From the human T2T-CHM13v2.0 reference genome, Homo sapiens, in NCBI RefSeq assembly GCF_009914755.1, contig NC_060930.1: a stretch of 64,000 nt of DNA; one strand, written 5' to 3'. The notes beneath the pieces were generated by a model that made no database searches, had not been told where the DNA came from, and saw nothing but the letters and a program-made list of their open reading frames with translations. The position numbers and the translations under genes were made by a program. Within the stretch, counting starts at the first letter, position 1. Each line of letters begins with the position of its first letter. This document shows positions 1 through 15,310 of this stretch, one piece after another.

Positions 1-1689
1 CACCAGCCTTCTCATACATACCACCTTACTGAAGTCTTACTCTCACCACCAAAAACAAAGGGGAACTCAGGTCCAATTTCAAGTCCTTTCATATCAGATG
101 TTCTAATTCTTTTTTTTATAAAAACATGTAGATAAACTTCATATCTGTGCTTTTTGATATCACTGCATTGTCCTGTTGTCAGTCAGTACAAGGTAGTTAA
201 GGAGATGGCTAGAAAAGCTATTTACTTCTTCAAAGATACTTGAAATATACTGCAGATGGCAGTGGTATCTGTTATCTGAAAGAAACCTCAAGTGAGTCAC
301 AGATTGGAAATCAAACGGAATAACTAATTTGGGGTTTTAACTGTCTTCTGTTGTTTGATTCAGTAAGTTTTCTGTTCCACATAAGTCCTCTTTTTCATCC
401 ACAGATACCCACTATAATCATTCCCATCTTGCTGATTACTGGCATTTAAGGAGGCCCTATATCTAAGACGTACGGATTCATATTAAAAATACTTGCTGAC
501 ATTGTTTCCTTGACATTGAGATACTGTGTTTATTGTCTCCAAAAAAGATTACTACCTTTCTTTTTCCTCTGCTCTTTAGGATAACTAATTTCTTTAAATG
601 CAGCCTACAGGAAACATCGCTGGATGAATTCTAACAGAATCCAGGTCTTCTGAAAAGATGATTTCCATTTAAATTCTCATTAGTGGATTTCCATGAGGGT
701 TCAGTTTTATGTTGGGGGACTTTAAGGCCTTGGAAACACTGGGCCACATATTCACATTTCTAATAATTTCCAGTGATCTAACAATAGAGAATCACTGTTC
801 TATTAATAAATAACATTGAAATCCACATTTGAAAAAACACTTGCCATGCTGTGTTAAGGAAACTTGCTGTGTGAGACATAAGTTTAACACTAGGAAAATA
901 AATACAATCATGCTTTTTACATGAATCTCATGGCCAGTTGCTTTGGAGTTTTTAAACATGATATATGTCAGTAAAATAAGTACTTAAACTGTCATTTTAG
1001 CCATTGGTGCTATGATTATAATTGTTATAAAATATACACGTGTTTGAAGGTATAACATAATTTATATTAAGAAACTACATTGACTAGCATAAAGGAAAGT
1101 GATTACAAATATTTAGTAAAACTCCAGTAGCAGCATGAAATTTACACAGTACTTTTAGTATTCATTGAATGTATACTTTTTAAATTTTCCCTTCAACTGA
1201 AAGGTGATTTGGGCTTAGTTAGAATAGTCTCACCTTAGATAATCCAATTAGATAATAATGAGAAGTAGGTTCACTTATTTTATTATCTAAACATATCTCT
1301 ATGAAGTAATAACAAGTATAGAAACAGTATTATAGTAATGTCATGATGACCATACCTGTGCAGGAAACATAATATTCAGGTATTTATCAGTCTATTTTAT
1401 TTACCAATCTCTTCTAAATCAAACTAGTAATATTTTATACTGTTTCATATATGTCAAAAAAAATTATTGTAGTCCAGAGAAATCTTGTGACTTTACACAT
1501 GCTTTTCCCTTGTCTGAAATGCCTTTTCTTCCTTCTGTAATTTCCTGTTTCACAACAGATACAGGTGTATCCCACCTTCTCTATGAAGTCCACCTCTTCT
1601 CCAAATGTAATTGCCTCTTTCTCTAACTTACTTTGGCATTGTGTAGGCAACTTTGGCTTTAAGATATTGTATTATACTGTAATTTTTTA

Positions 1690-1840
1690 TATTAAACTGT
1701 ACTTTTTTACTCATGCATACACATTGAACTTTGCCTTTTAACTTCAAATTCCTAAATGTTAGATGCTGCATTTCATTTTATATCCCTAAATAGCTTCAAT
1801 GCCTGACACAGTAAAAGTGCACATTGAATGTTTGTGAAAA
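1690..1840 (+). mobile_element. L2 LINE 3' end fragment (very old)
   Basis: Resembles the L2 terminus: ...caatgcctgacacagtaaaagtgcacattgaatgtttgtgaa. Boundaries approximate. Confidence 0.55.
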
Positions 1841-3089
1841 TACTTTCTTCATACACTATATTTAAATTTTATTAATGTATTCTATCTAGTGAAAATAGTT
1901 TTTTGGACCTATTTCAGTTATTGTACTCCTTAACATTTACTGATTGTTTGCTGTTTGCATGGGGACTTCACAATTCCTCTTCAGATAGTTTCCATGGTAA
2001 TGTTTTTAATTATTGCTGTTTATTTGAAGGCCAGCTATAAATTTAGTATCATGGAATGCTATGGATTACTCTTACTCATCATAATTCTCAATTTTTTTCC
2101 AAGAGTACATAAAAACTCCTTAATATTCTATTCTGCCTCATGTTCCAGGTGGCCAGCATGCCAGGAATAGTCGTAACTTACATTAAGTCTATTATAAACA
2201 TATTTTAAAATTGCCCACCTCTATTGTTAAGTAGTTTGCATTTTGCTGCTCATTATTTCAAAAATATTGAATACTTATTCCTTTGTTTACACTTTCAATG
2301 TTATCTCTCAATATCTGAATTAAATTAAGCAATAAGGCATATGCATTTAAGTCACAAGATGCATCAAGTTGGGATTGGACACCTTGGTTAATCAGACTCC
2401 TTAAATGTATGAAGTGTGTAAGTGGGAACTGTGTGCATATGAATGGACTGAATTGAGATGAACACTTTTCTTCATATAACTTTATGTACCATTAGGGAAA
2501 ACATCATAACAAATTGAAGCATTCACATGGTTCATAAGCGTCAATTTTCTTCCTTGCTCTCTACTAAACAAAATACAGGACACATTGTTAAAAGCAGACT
2601 GTAGGAGAAGATGAGTTCTAGATTACCCAGGGAAAAGAGCAAGTGCAATGAGCTTTAGAAACAGCTGATATTTGGGATGGTTGTACATACAACGCTGTCT
2701 GCAAGGAGGGTGATATAATAAGTGTTTTCTCCAATCTATAGGAATAATATTTTCCCTTTCAATTAATTTATTGTTACCTTGTTCTGAAGCAGCAGCAAAA
2801 ATCAGGAAAAACTGCTTATAATCTGGAGGATACTTGTTTTACCCTTAAAGTACTCAGTGTTTTCAATACCATCAGATCATCACCTGTACATAGCAGAATA
2901 TATGCCATACTATTTTCTGTATCTTCAGATTTGTGGCAGTTTTTTGATGTAATGCCTTACATGTAGTTGGCACCCAATAATATTTGCTGAAATAAACATA
3001 TGAACTTAAAATATTGGGGAATAGATACATTTTAATTTGGCAACACTAAAAAATACAGAATAGGATTTAAATGCTGCTTCTCCTCATAG

Positions 3090-3370
3090 TCCAGATTACT
3101 AAAGTGTGTTCCATGGAACACTCCATACCCATTCTTCAAAAAAGAAGTATCTGCATTCAAAGAAACTGCAAAATTTCTGTATGTCTGTTACCTGTTTATA
3201 GTTTTTGGTCCAAAAATATCACTGAAATGTCCTAAAATGAAGAAACCACATACACTGTTTTATTTAAGACTTTCCAAACATTATTTTGATTATGAAAAAA
3301 ATTTTTTCAAAGAATTCCTGTTAACAATCTACATATATTCTGTAGCACTCAGTTTAAGAAAGGCTATCTA
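3090..3370. mobile_element. Probable hAT-Charlie family MER/MITE, degenerate
   Basis: Ends resemble Charlie-type termini (aaagtgtgttccatggaacac ... cactcagtttaagaaaggct). Subfamily not resolved. Confidence 0.35.
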
Positions 3371-4795
3371 AACCATCCATTTTTGAAATACAGGGTTGGA
3401 CTATTTAATGTAGCTCTGCAATTTCGAAGCATCTAGAGAGGCCTGAAAAATTTCTGGCTCATGATTTGCAAAGCATAAGCTTCTGTTTTCAAAGCATTCT
3501 CCTTCTAGGGCTCCAAAAGGATCAAACATTCCTGGTTTGGCTGCCCGATGGTGGAAATCACACCACAGATTGCTGTGCTGCATTAAGTCAGTTCTGTCTC
3601 TCTTCTCCTCCTACAGTTAAGAAGACTTGTTGGCTTTTTTCCACATTCTGCTCCCATTCACAGATGAGCATTAGAGAGAATTTGGAAATGGAAGGCCTTT
3701 ATGTCTGCCGTGAACAGGGTCAATTCAGTGTGGCAGCTGTGAGCTGGTGACATAGACTTATATTGACACAACCCACTTTTTGCTGCAGAATCACAAAGTG
3801 AAAGCACCCGGGGCTCTTCTGCCGTTTTCAGTAAGATACGAATTTTTCTCCTCCTTATATTAAGCAGAGATCTGTCATCTTGACTTGTACACTAAATGGT
3901 CCATTCTGACTGCCTTGTTTGTGTCCAATCCCAGCCAGAATCCAGAAACATGTGTTAACATTCGGCATGTTTGGGGGCTAGTTGGAAGGGCCTGAGGCAA
4001 GACTCCCTGATGCCTGCTGGAGGCTAGTCAATAATCATTAGCCCTTCAAGTGGTGGATGCCCAACATAAACTGTATTTATTTATTTAAAAAAATCTTTAA
4101 GCCACAGGGAAAGACATTTTAGAGAAAGCAGTTTCCCAGCAGTTACTAGATTGTAATAAAGATACAGTTATAAGGGAGTGGGAGGCTGACAGAGGGGGCG
4201 CTGTTCTCAACAGAAATAATGTGAAACCACCAAAGTACATTAATTAGGCTCTTTAGAGCAATACCACCCAGAATCTTTGCAGTTATTTTTTTCATAGCCA
4301 ACATTCCAAAGATCATCACTCAAGCCAAAAAAGATCCCTTAGCAAAGTGGAATCACCACTATGCACAATGCGTCAAGCTTTTGGGTAGTATGAAGCACTG
4401 CATTGGTTACATTAGCAGGTTAAAAAAATCTCTGACTTCTTAGGCTTTTCAGTCTGAAGGAGACAATCTGAGGATGTTGCAATTCATAAAAGAATATGCA
4501 GAAACTTTTAAAGGAAGCTTTTAAAATATTGACTAAATCTAAGTCAAATAAGGTAAGTATTTTGTATGCAGCGCAAATTTTTCTTTATTTCAGTGGTGGA
4601 AAGCAAAGAATGCCTTTTGCATGGATAACTCATAAGATTAAAAATGAAGCATTTATTTATTGATATACTTCTTCTAAAATTGACATCTGTCTCCAAATTC
4701 TAATGCCCAAATCTACACTATGCCCTTTGGAAGACAGTGAAGTCCGTCAAGTGAGCTCTGGAGCACATGCACATTCATTCATTCATCCTTTAATT

Positions 4796-4820
4796 AAAAC
4801 AAAACAAAACAAAACAAAAA
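4796..4820 (+). repeat. (CAAAA)n microsatellite
   Basis: aaaacaaaacaaaacaaaacaaaaa read directly. Confidence 0.9.
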
Positions 4821-5379
4821 GAAACACCTTTTCAACTCCTTAGGTCAATTCACTAGGTTGAAACCAGTTCTGTGCCTGCCAGAAACATATCTCTTAATGT
4901 AGAGTCCACCACTTCCAGCCAATAAAGACAATTAGCAGCGCAACTATTAGATTAATTTCCCAAAGATTAGATGACCATTTGGAACCTCAGATAGAGGTCC
5001 ATTATTCTCTTGTCTTTTATTTATATACTTTATTTATAATATTGGCATCAATTTTGAACCCAAGGATCTAAATTATCACACATTTCTTCTTGTCATTTTA
5101 AGGTTCTTACTCAGCTTACATTTCCACTTGAAGCATTGCTTTAAATAACATTCCATGTGCATCTATTGATACAGTTACCATGCCTTCAATATGTTGATGG
5201 TTTCACAAGAAATGGAACAAATGGAATATTTGTAATAAAAGGCCCTATTTTTCTTGATGATTGTTTCCCAAGGAAGTTATTTCTGTACTGAGGGAAGTAG
5301 CTGAAAATACCCATGAAGTAACTGCCTTCCTGAAAATAGTACTTGTTATAGTATAAGTAGAAGGGGCCTTAACATATAC

Positions 5380-5796
5380 TTTTTTAAATTGTACTTTAAG
5401 TTCTAGGGTACATGTGCACAACATGCAGGTTTGTTACAGATGTATACATGTGCCGTGTTGGTCTGCTGCACCCATTAACTCATCATTTACATTAGGTATT
5501 TCTCCTAATGCTATCCCTCCCTCATCACCCCACCCCACCCCATGACAGGTCCTGCTGTCTGATGTTCCCTGCTCTGTGTCCAAGTGTTCTGATTGTTCAA
5601 TTCCCACCTATAAGTGAGAATATGTGGTGCTTGGTTTTCTGTCCTTGCGATAGTTTGCTCAGAATGACAGTTTCCAGCTTCATCCATGTTGCTACAAAGG
5701 ACAGGAACTCATCCTTTTTTATGGCTGCATAGTATTCCATGGTGTATATGTGCCACATTTTCTTAATCATTGATGGACATTTGGGTTGGTTCCAAG
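5380..5796 (-). mobile_element. L1PA 3' end (L1PA4-7-like), 5'-truncated
   Basis: tactttaagttctagggtacatgtgcacaacatgcaggtttgttac...catttgggttggttccaag is the reverse complement of the L1PA 3' UTR and ORF2 end. No convincing TSD. Confidence 0.93.
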
Positions 5797-6344
5797 CACA
5801 TCAAACGTTTTAATAGTTTGACAAACTAGAGTGTAAGGAAAATGAGTTAGAGCCTACTCTCAAAGAGTTCTCTGCCTAATAAGGAAGACATAATACTCAA
5901 AGTCATAATACTACATATGATGCTACAGGAACTCAGAGGATAAAGAACCAGAGGCTTCTTGGAAGATAATGTCTGACCAGATTCTGGAAAAAAAAATCAG
6001 TCACAGAAAGAAGGCGAGGCTGAAATACATCAGTGGTACTACTATGCCACTTACCACTTATAGCAATAGTGGTATTATATCTCTTGTGCATCAGTGATTA
6101 AATTATACCTGTGTGTACAGGTGTCACTTGGCCCTCTTTGCATCACCTTGTGGGAATTGGGGTTTAGAAAACCAGCACAAAAATGTGAATACTTTGGCTA
6201 CGGCTATGGTTTGATTAGTAAATTTTTCTTCATCCTTGACCTGGAAGTCTTGGGTCTTCCACCAGGATTCATGAAACTGTGGCAGGCTAACTTGTTAGCT
6301 TTCAAGAGGAGTCAAATTTCAGCCTTTTCAAAGTTCTTGACAGT

Positions 6345-6420
6345 GACTGTGTCACATATTGTTACATTTTGCTGTATAACAAACCAATACAAAATTTAAT
6401 GGCTTAAAACAGTAACAACT
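6345..6420 (-). mobile_element. MLT1 (ERVL-MaLR) LTR fragment
   Basis: ttgctgtataacaaaccaatacaaaatttaatggcttaaaacag matches the MLT1 terminal motif. Confidence 0.55.
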
Positions 6421-7548
6421 AAAGATAGACATATACATCAATGAAATGAATTAGAGAGTCCAGAAATATACTCAGGTAAGTAAGATCGAATTATTTTTTT
6501 ACAATGGTACACAGGTAATTCAATGGAGTTAAGACAATTTTTTCAACAAACGATCCTGGAACAAATGACTATCCATATGCCCCAAAGTAAATATCAACCT
6601 ATATCTCTCACCTTATATAAAAATTAATACAAAATAGACCATAGATCTACTTTAAAATGTAAACCTATAAAACTTTAAAAGTAAACATAGGAGAAAATTT
6701 TTGTAACTCTGGGTCGTGTCAAGAGGTCTTAGATATTACACCAATAGCACAATTCATAAAAGAAAAAAAGACAATCTGGGATTCATAAAAATTATAAATA
6801 TTTGTTGTGTGTAAGCCACTGGTAAGAGAAAAGCACTGTTAAGACAAAACACAAACTGAGAGAATATGTTTGCAAATTCTATATTTAGTAAAGGACTTGT
6901 ATTCAGAATTTATTGAGAACTCTCAAGACTCAAAAGTAAGAAACCAAATTTTTTAAAGTGAGCAAAATGTCTGAACAGGTACTTCACCAAGAAGATATAT
7001 ATCTATATATATGGGCTGGGCGCGGGTGTCTCACTCCTGTAATCCCAGCACTTTGGGAGGCCAAGGTGGGAGGATCACGAGGTCATGACATCGAGACCAT
7101 CCTGGCTAACATGGTGAAACTCCGTCTCTACTAAAAATACAAAAAAAAAATTAGCCGGGCGTGGTGGTGGGCCCCTGTAGTCCCAGCTATTCGGGAGGCT
7201 GAGGCAAGAGAATGGCGTGAGCCCGGGAGGCGGAGCTGGCAGTGAGCCGAAATCGCGTCATATATATATATGGCAAATAAGCACATGCAAATATGTTCAA
7301 CATCATTAATTATTAAGGAAATGCAAATTAATACCACGATCATATACCACTATATACCTATAAGAATGTCTAGGGTTTGTTTTTAATGACAATACCAAGC
7401 TCAAATGAGGATATGTGACGCAATTGGAACTCATTCACTACTGGTGGGAATGTAAGGTATAGCCACTTCGGCCACTTTGGAAAACAGTTTAGCAATTTCT
7501 TATAAAATTAAATTTTAGGTATTTTATCCAAGAGAAATAAAAAGTGAT

Positions 7549-7550
<2 letters not shown>
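6421..7550 (+). mobile_element. Old L1M ORF2 3' region, interrupted by AluY
   Basis: L1 ORF2 motifs: gatagacatatacatcaatgaaatgaattagagagtccagaa, tatctctcaccttatataaaaattaa, ggaaatgcaaattaataccacgat, ctggtgggaatgtaa. Confidence 0.88.
7014..7260 (+). mobile_element. AluY lacking its 3' end and poly(A)
   Basis: AluY diagnostics (atcgagaccatcctggctaac, gaatggcgtga). Stops at aatcgcgtca. Flanked by tatatatatg at 7004-7013 and 7263-7272. Confidence 0.93.

Positions 7551-7584
<34 letters not shown>
7551..7584 (+). repeat. (AC)17 microsatellite
   Basis: Pure AC run read directly. Confidence 0.97.
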
Positions 7585-7586
<2 letters not shown>

Positions 7587-8049
7587 CATGTGAAACTAAA
7601 TTTCCACTTGGACCTGGGTTGAGAAGTAAATAAAGCTTAAAAGATGAAATTTAAAGATTCAGGAAAGTCTGGAGGTTATAAGTACTCAGGACAGGGACAG
7701 AAAAATTTAGGACTGCCACTGGGCTGAAGCCCAGGATACAGTTAACTACCATCTGAAATATAGAGCCTGAGAGAAAAGCCATAATAAGTCCAAGCAGAGT
7801 CCCCACTAAGTATTAATTCAAAGGGCAAAAAGATGGGAGAGAGATACAAAAAAAAGACAAAAATGAGAGTTATCTGACCAAAGGGATGGGATTTGAAAGA
7901 GAAGGAAATGGGCAGAAAACAAAGGGGCTCACTAAGACTTCGGAGTGGCACTCCCACTTTATTCCAAGGTGGCCCTAAATTGTTAAGGATGCTAAACTGG
8001 TCAAAAATAAGTAAGGCTGTGTCAAAATAGAGGTAGCATTAAAGGCATG

Positions 8050-8270
8050 GGAGGCACAAAACTTAGATTTGAATATTATTTTCAATCCACTGATTATTAC
8101 TTATGCTATTTGAGTCAAATTGGTTAACATCTTTCAGGGTCTTCAGTTTTCTTATCTGGAAAATGGTGATAATATAGCTTACCTCATTGACTATGATAGG
8201 ATTAAATAAGGCAATGTATTATAGCGCAAAACACAGTGGTTGGGATAGGTTTTCGGTAAATGGTTAGTGG
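8050..8270 (+). mobile_element. MIR SINE
   Basis: MIR core cttcagttttcttatctggaaaatggtgataata...cttacctcat...aggattaaataag. Confidence 0.8.
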
Positions 8271-8894
8271 GTGTTGGTAATATTATTAATTTGGTACTAA
8301 TAATATCTTAGAAGAGCTTTTACTTCCTACAGATGGCTATGACAAAGTAAGAAGAAAGTAATTATTCCAAAGCCAGAGTCAAGTCAGAGCAAAACATAGC
8401 TTTGGATTTCATTTGCTTGCATTTTCTTCCTCTCTTCAGTTGTGAAAATGTGTAATGATAGTCGGGGTGAATGTTGCATGGAGACCTGTATATATGGAAA
8501 AGCATAATAAGAGTCATCAGAGAGCACCATGTGCAGGTCTATCAGGAAGAAGTGAAGACCTTCCCTTATTATTCTAAGGCCCTGATAATAAAATGCAAAA
8601 GTATCCAGAGTCTACAAGCCCACAATATTTAAGAGTCACTTCAAAGCAACTGTCTGTATACGTAAATGACTGATCCTGGGAATCTTATGTCTAAATTTGA
8701 CATTTGATGAAAAAATAATTGAGAAAATGTATTAAAACACTCTATGTCTTCTTGAGTTCCTTCAGCTCTAGCTCCCTCTGGGCAGATACTTCACTTTTCT
8801 TGTTGGGATCACAGATTTAATATTCCAGGTATTCTTATTTTTTTTTAAAACCTGTGCATGTTTTAAAAGTCTTAAATTAGAGGTGTTAGTTCCC

Positions 8895-8980
8895 CTTCTC
8901 CTAGCAGAATGGTTTGCATAGAGTAAGTGCTCAATCAAGTTTGGTTGAATAAATTAATAAATGAATAAAATGAATGGAAG
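8895..8980 (+). mobile_element. L2 3' tail
   Basis: catagagtaagtgctcaatcaagtttggttgaataaattaataaatgaat. Confidence 0.6.
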
Positions 8981-9372
8981 AGTTTGTAGATAACAGGATC
9001 CATCTCTTACTCTTTTTTATGTAACTCTTGAAGTTTTGCATATGGAAAAAAAGTGTAAAAAATCCCAATTTAAATTTTATGATGAGTAATTGCTGCTGGT
9101 TTTTCTTTCTGGCAGTTAAATTTTATTTGATTTCACATTCCTATAATGAGGTTCAACATTTCTACCACTACATTTGAGTTTCTCCAAACATATTTGAATC
9201 TATCATGATCTTTTCTTTTTGTTGACAAATTCCAAATATATCCAACATGTGTAATTTAAGACTTTATTTTTGTAAGCTATGACATAATTTTCAAACCAAT
9301 GAATGTTTCCTTAAGTTTGAGTAAACAGCTCTTCTGCAATCCTAAAAGTTACTTTTTTTGTTGTTCTTTATA

Positions 9373-9430
9373 AACACACACACATAACACATACATACAT
9401 GCATACACATGCATGCACACACACATACAG
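9373..9430 (+). repeat. Degenerate (CA)n/(CATA)n tract
   Basis: acacacacacataacacatacatacatgcatacacatgcatgcacacacacatac. Confidence 0.85.
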
Positions 9431-11003
9431 CATACTACCTGAACTATGGAGCAAGAAGTCATAACCTTAAGTCAACCTGGGCCAATTAGAGTGCTGATAA
9501 TGCAGATGTGTTTTGTTGGTATACTCTCTCATGGAGTTTCCTAGGAAAGACTAAATTGCAGCACATTTATAATTTAGTATTATTTTATTATTTTCACAGA
9601 TTAGAATTGCTTTCCCCACACGTCAGAATAAAACTGCTAACGGAATAGAGAACAGCCATTTAGCTACTGAGAGAAATCTTCTCTTATGGACATCATACAG
9701 ATGCCCTGCTGGGGACAAATCCAATTGAGAGCTACAGAATCAGTCTGGAAAACACACCCATCCAAAACTGTTTGCGGAGATCAGGATGTGCTAAAAGAGG
9801 AAACTACTAGAAAAAACACTTCACAAACATATCAAAACATAAAGCAATAGTTCTACTTAAACAGATAAGGAGTTTTCTTAGTTTGTGATGGAAACTCCCA
9901 ACCCTGTTATGCTAATTAAAATTTACTGGAGAGCAAGGAAAGGCAATGATACTGCGAGCAAGTAGTGCCCAGAGACCCTTAAGAATATAAGCATGATGAC
10001 AGAGGTTGAGAGAAGGAGGCAATGAGTGCCTTCAAGGTAACAGAATAGGTGTGTCATGGAAAATGGTCTGAAGCAAGTGTATGACTAGAATTTTTCTTCA
10101 AACCATGAAGGGCTAGCAGGCCTCTGTGGGGCTTTCAATATCCACAGGTAAAATAGAAGAGGTCTCCAGTTTTCCAAAGCCTCAAGCTGAGCTCACATAT
10201 TCTGGTCTTTCCTGGGGGGTTGTTTATTATACTATTATCTCTACTTCTTCTTCAGTTTGATTCTTTTTCTTTCTCTGCCTTTTCTTACCACTTCAGTTCT
10301 TTCAATTCTACACCCAAGCAGTTTTTCCTCCCTATAATCCAGACCTGTGCCAGAAAGACCCCCAACTGAACACCATCCACTCCCCAGCCCCCACCACCAG
10401 CTCAATGCTCTACTTTTTTCTTTCAGGGAATAACTTGATTGCTGGGTAAAAAGACTGCAATAAATAATAGAGCAGAAAAGAACTACTTATTGGAATGTTA
10501 GCTATTCAGGCACTGAGATTCTATGTTTACTTTTCACTTTTCTCATCCTAAACATATTTGTGAAAACCCAATTGTGTGAACAGTTTTCTACCTTCCTTTG
10601 AGGTGGGCCAGCCCCAAATTAAACAGCCAAATATCCTAAATACCCCCTCCTCTCACCATGTCTACAGAGCCCAAATCAGGTAATTATAAAATTAGAATGA
10701 ACAAAGGTGAACATGGTAATGCCTTTACTGTTATTTAAAATTATCCAATCAATAAATCATCATTTATCTCATCTTGGTGGTGGTGTCCTGGTTTCTTCAT
10801 CACAACATCCTAAAAGGACTTTTCTTCCTGACCCTCAGGAGGAAACCAGAGTGTCAACATGTGACTCACATTTGTAAACTGCCTTAGTATTTATGAGAAG
10901 CTTCAAATAAACTATTATCTTATTAAAGATTAAGATTGAGTTGGTTTCAGGAAGACTAGAACACGTCCTTTTAGATCATTTTTTCCCATGCTCTTCTATA
11001 AAG

Positions 11004-11203
11004 CAAGCATTGGCAAACATTTTCTGTAAAGAGTCAAATAGGCAGGTCATGCACATTGTTTCAAATATTCAACTCTACTGTTGTAGGGTGAAAGTAGCCA
11101 CAGACAATATAAAAGCAAATGAGAGTGACTGTATTCCAATAAAATTTTACAAAAAGAGGTGGAAGGCAGTTTTGGTCTGTGGTCTGTTGTTTGCCGATCT
11201 TTG
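11004..11203 (+). mobile_element. MER58A (hAT-Charlie MITE), both ends present
   Basis: Matches MER58A (ggcaaacattttctgtaaagagtca...gtagccacagacaat...ttccaataaaatttt...gtttgccgatctttg). Perfect 8-bp TSD ctataaag at 10996-11003 and 11204-11211. Confidence 0.92.
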
Positions 11204-11221
11204 CTATAAAGGGTTTGTTTA

Positions 11222-11716
<495 letters not shown>

Positions 11717-12464
11717 TTAATTAGAAAATGATGCTGCCTCTGGGCTGAAGGAGACCTAGGTGTGTGGCTTAGTTGCACCATTTTGTTAGAGATAAGAGAC
11801 AGATCCCAGGCTGAATTTCAACTCCCAGGTGCCTCCTTTGCAGGTGGCACAAAACAGAGCCATGTGAGGCAACCATGCCTTAGAGTAGAGTATGCCCTTC
11901 CTCCAATCTGTAATAAACAACTCCCTTTTCCACTTTGGCGATTAAATTTTATCAATTCATAATTCAACTTTAATCACATTCTCTTGTAAAAAAGAAATGC
12001 CCCCCAGCCCCAGCCCACAGTCATTTTTCCTACCTCAAAATACCCATTGCTTTATTTCATTTATGCTATATTTTGCAGCATAGTTAGCACATTGTATTTG
12101 CTGTATTCTTATATTCTGCATTGTGTAAATATTACTTCTGTGTGTGTGCCTCATCTTCAGTCAAAATTCTGGAAATGCCCATGTTGGGTAGGAATTAATC
12201 CCTAGAGTATGGGCAGACATAAGATGATAGTTATGTCAACAGACTATAACAGACATCACCAGAAAGTTGGAAGTATTCATTCAGGTAAGTTTTCATACTG
12301 TTGAGAAATTTTGTTTTGGGTCACAGTGACTGCATCATATTGAGTCTCAGAATTCTTCTGTTTTAAAAAGTCCCATATGTGAAGAAGCAGGTCAGTAAAC
12401 TTCCAGCCAACTTCCGATGACCTATTGCTATGACTGTTTGGTTTGAAACTGTAGTCTTGAAGGT

Positions 12465-12843
12465 TGGTATGGTTTAGCTTTGTTCCCCACCCAAATCTCA
12501 TGTTAAATTGTAATTCCCAATGTTGGGGGAGGGACTTCGGTGGGAGGTGACTGGATTATGGAGGTGGATTTACCCTTTGCTTTTCTTATGCATGAGTTCT
12601 CATGAGACTTAGTTGTTTAAATGTGTGTAGCACATCCCCCTTTGCTCTCTCTCTTTCTGTCTCTGCCATGGTAAGACATGCTGGCTTCCTCTTCCCCTTC
12701 TGACATGATTGTAAGTTTCCTGAGGCCTCCAAATCATACTTTCTGTGCAGCCTGTGGAACTGTGGATCAATTAAATCTCTTGTCTTCATAAATTACCCAG
12801 GCTCAGGTAGTTCTTTAGAGGAGTGTGAGAATAAACTAATACA
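12465..12843 (+). mobile_element. MSTA-type MaLR solo LTR
   Basis: Begins tggtatggtttagc...ccccacccaaatctcatg and ends ...aactaataca. 5-bp TSD aaggt/aaagt (4/5). Confidence 0.92.
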
Positions 12844-13979
12844 AAAGTCAGTCATGTGTTTTACTACCTCTTGAGATGTTAGGCAAAAGACACCAAAAGT
12901 GCAAACTTTAACCAACACAGAAAGTGTCCTTGTTATGTATCTTTAGTAGTGTAGCATACATGTGGGGATGAGATTTCTCATGTAAGAACATGTTACACTT
13001 GACAATTATTTCATAATGGGCTGAGATAGGAGTCAATGAAATATGATAAATGAGTATAATTTAGTATTGATAGACTTTATTTACAAGCTAAAATAACTAC
13101 AGTCAGGTGATAGTGATCTAAGCAGGACATACTGAGCAAAGAATTCCCCCTAAAATTTGCGAAGAAATAATATTTTCTTAGTTTAATAGAGAAAAATATC
13201 CTAATACTAAGAAATAAGATCACTACATGATAAATGGTGACTCTCTCAAGAAAAAAAAAATAGTATTTCCAAAGGCAATTCAAGAATCTGCCTAAATAAA
13301 GAAAATTACAAATATATTCAAGAGAAAAATAATAAACTTTAAAAACATCTTTTCACAACTTTTAATTAGAGCAGAATAAAACTTGGCAGCTTCATCTGAG
13401 ATACTTCAGATGAGGTGAAGGCCCTAGGAAGAATCCAGTCCCCAGATTGACAGGTCAGAGAGTGCTTTTACTTAATTAAACCCATGGAGGGAAGTTCTCT
13501 TTGGGTTTATGTGAGGACTATTGAGAAGGAAAATAAAAAAAAGGATAAGAATGTCTTCCCTCATTGTGCTCATGTGAAGGGCTGCTTAAGATCCATGGCA
13601 CGCAAGTTATCCCCACTTCCTCACCCCCAGGCATATACTCCTACTGGGGGCAGATCTGGAGAGAATCTGGCAGAAGGTGTTGCTTGAGTCTGTTTTTGTT
13701 ACCCTGATAATTTGCTTTTTTGCAATACTTGTAAAGCATCAGTTTTAGGTTTGGAAGCATACAGCCCACCCACTGAGGCAAAGTGTTCTTTTCTTAACTA
13801 AGCATATGCCTGCTTCTTGGAAAGAATGTGAGAAGAGGTGAAAAGGCTCCACACTTGGGGAAATAAAGAATTCTTTAATGTTGAAAGACAAAATTGAGGC
13901 TTTTGAATACTAAAGTTAAAACTACATCTACATGACACCCAAATATGGATGTTACATAGTTATTTCATTTGTCTATTGA

Positions 13980-15310
<1,331 letters not shown>

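Noticed and set aside
7590-8000. Purine-rich stretch that might be an old LTR
   Set aside because: Could not match it to any consensus I can recall; left unassigned.
9580-9730. Acceptor ttttcacag followed by a 42-codon open frame
   Set aside because: Weak AT-rich tract, no matching donor and an unrecognisable peptide.
13390-13415. 10-bp hairpin cttcatctga...tcagatgagg
   Set aside because: Too short to exceed chance in 64 kb and too small for a pre-miRNA.
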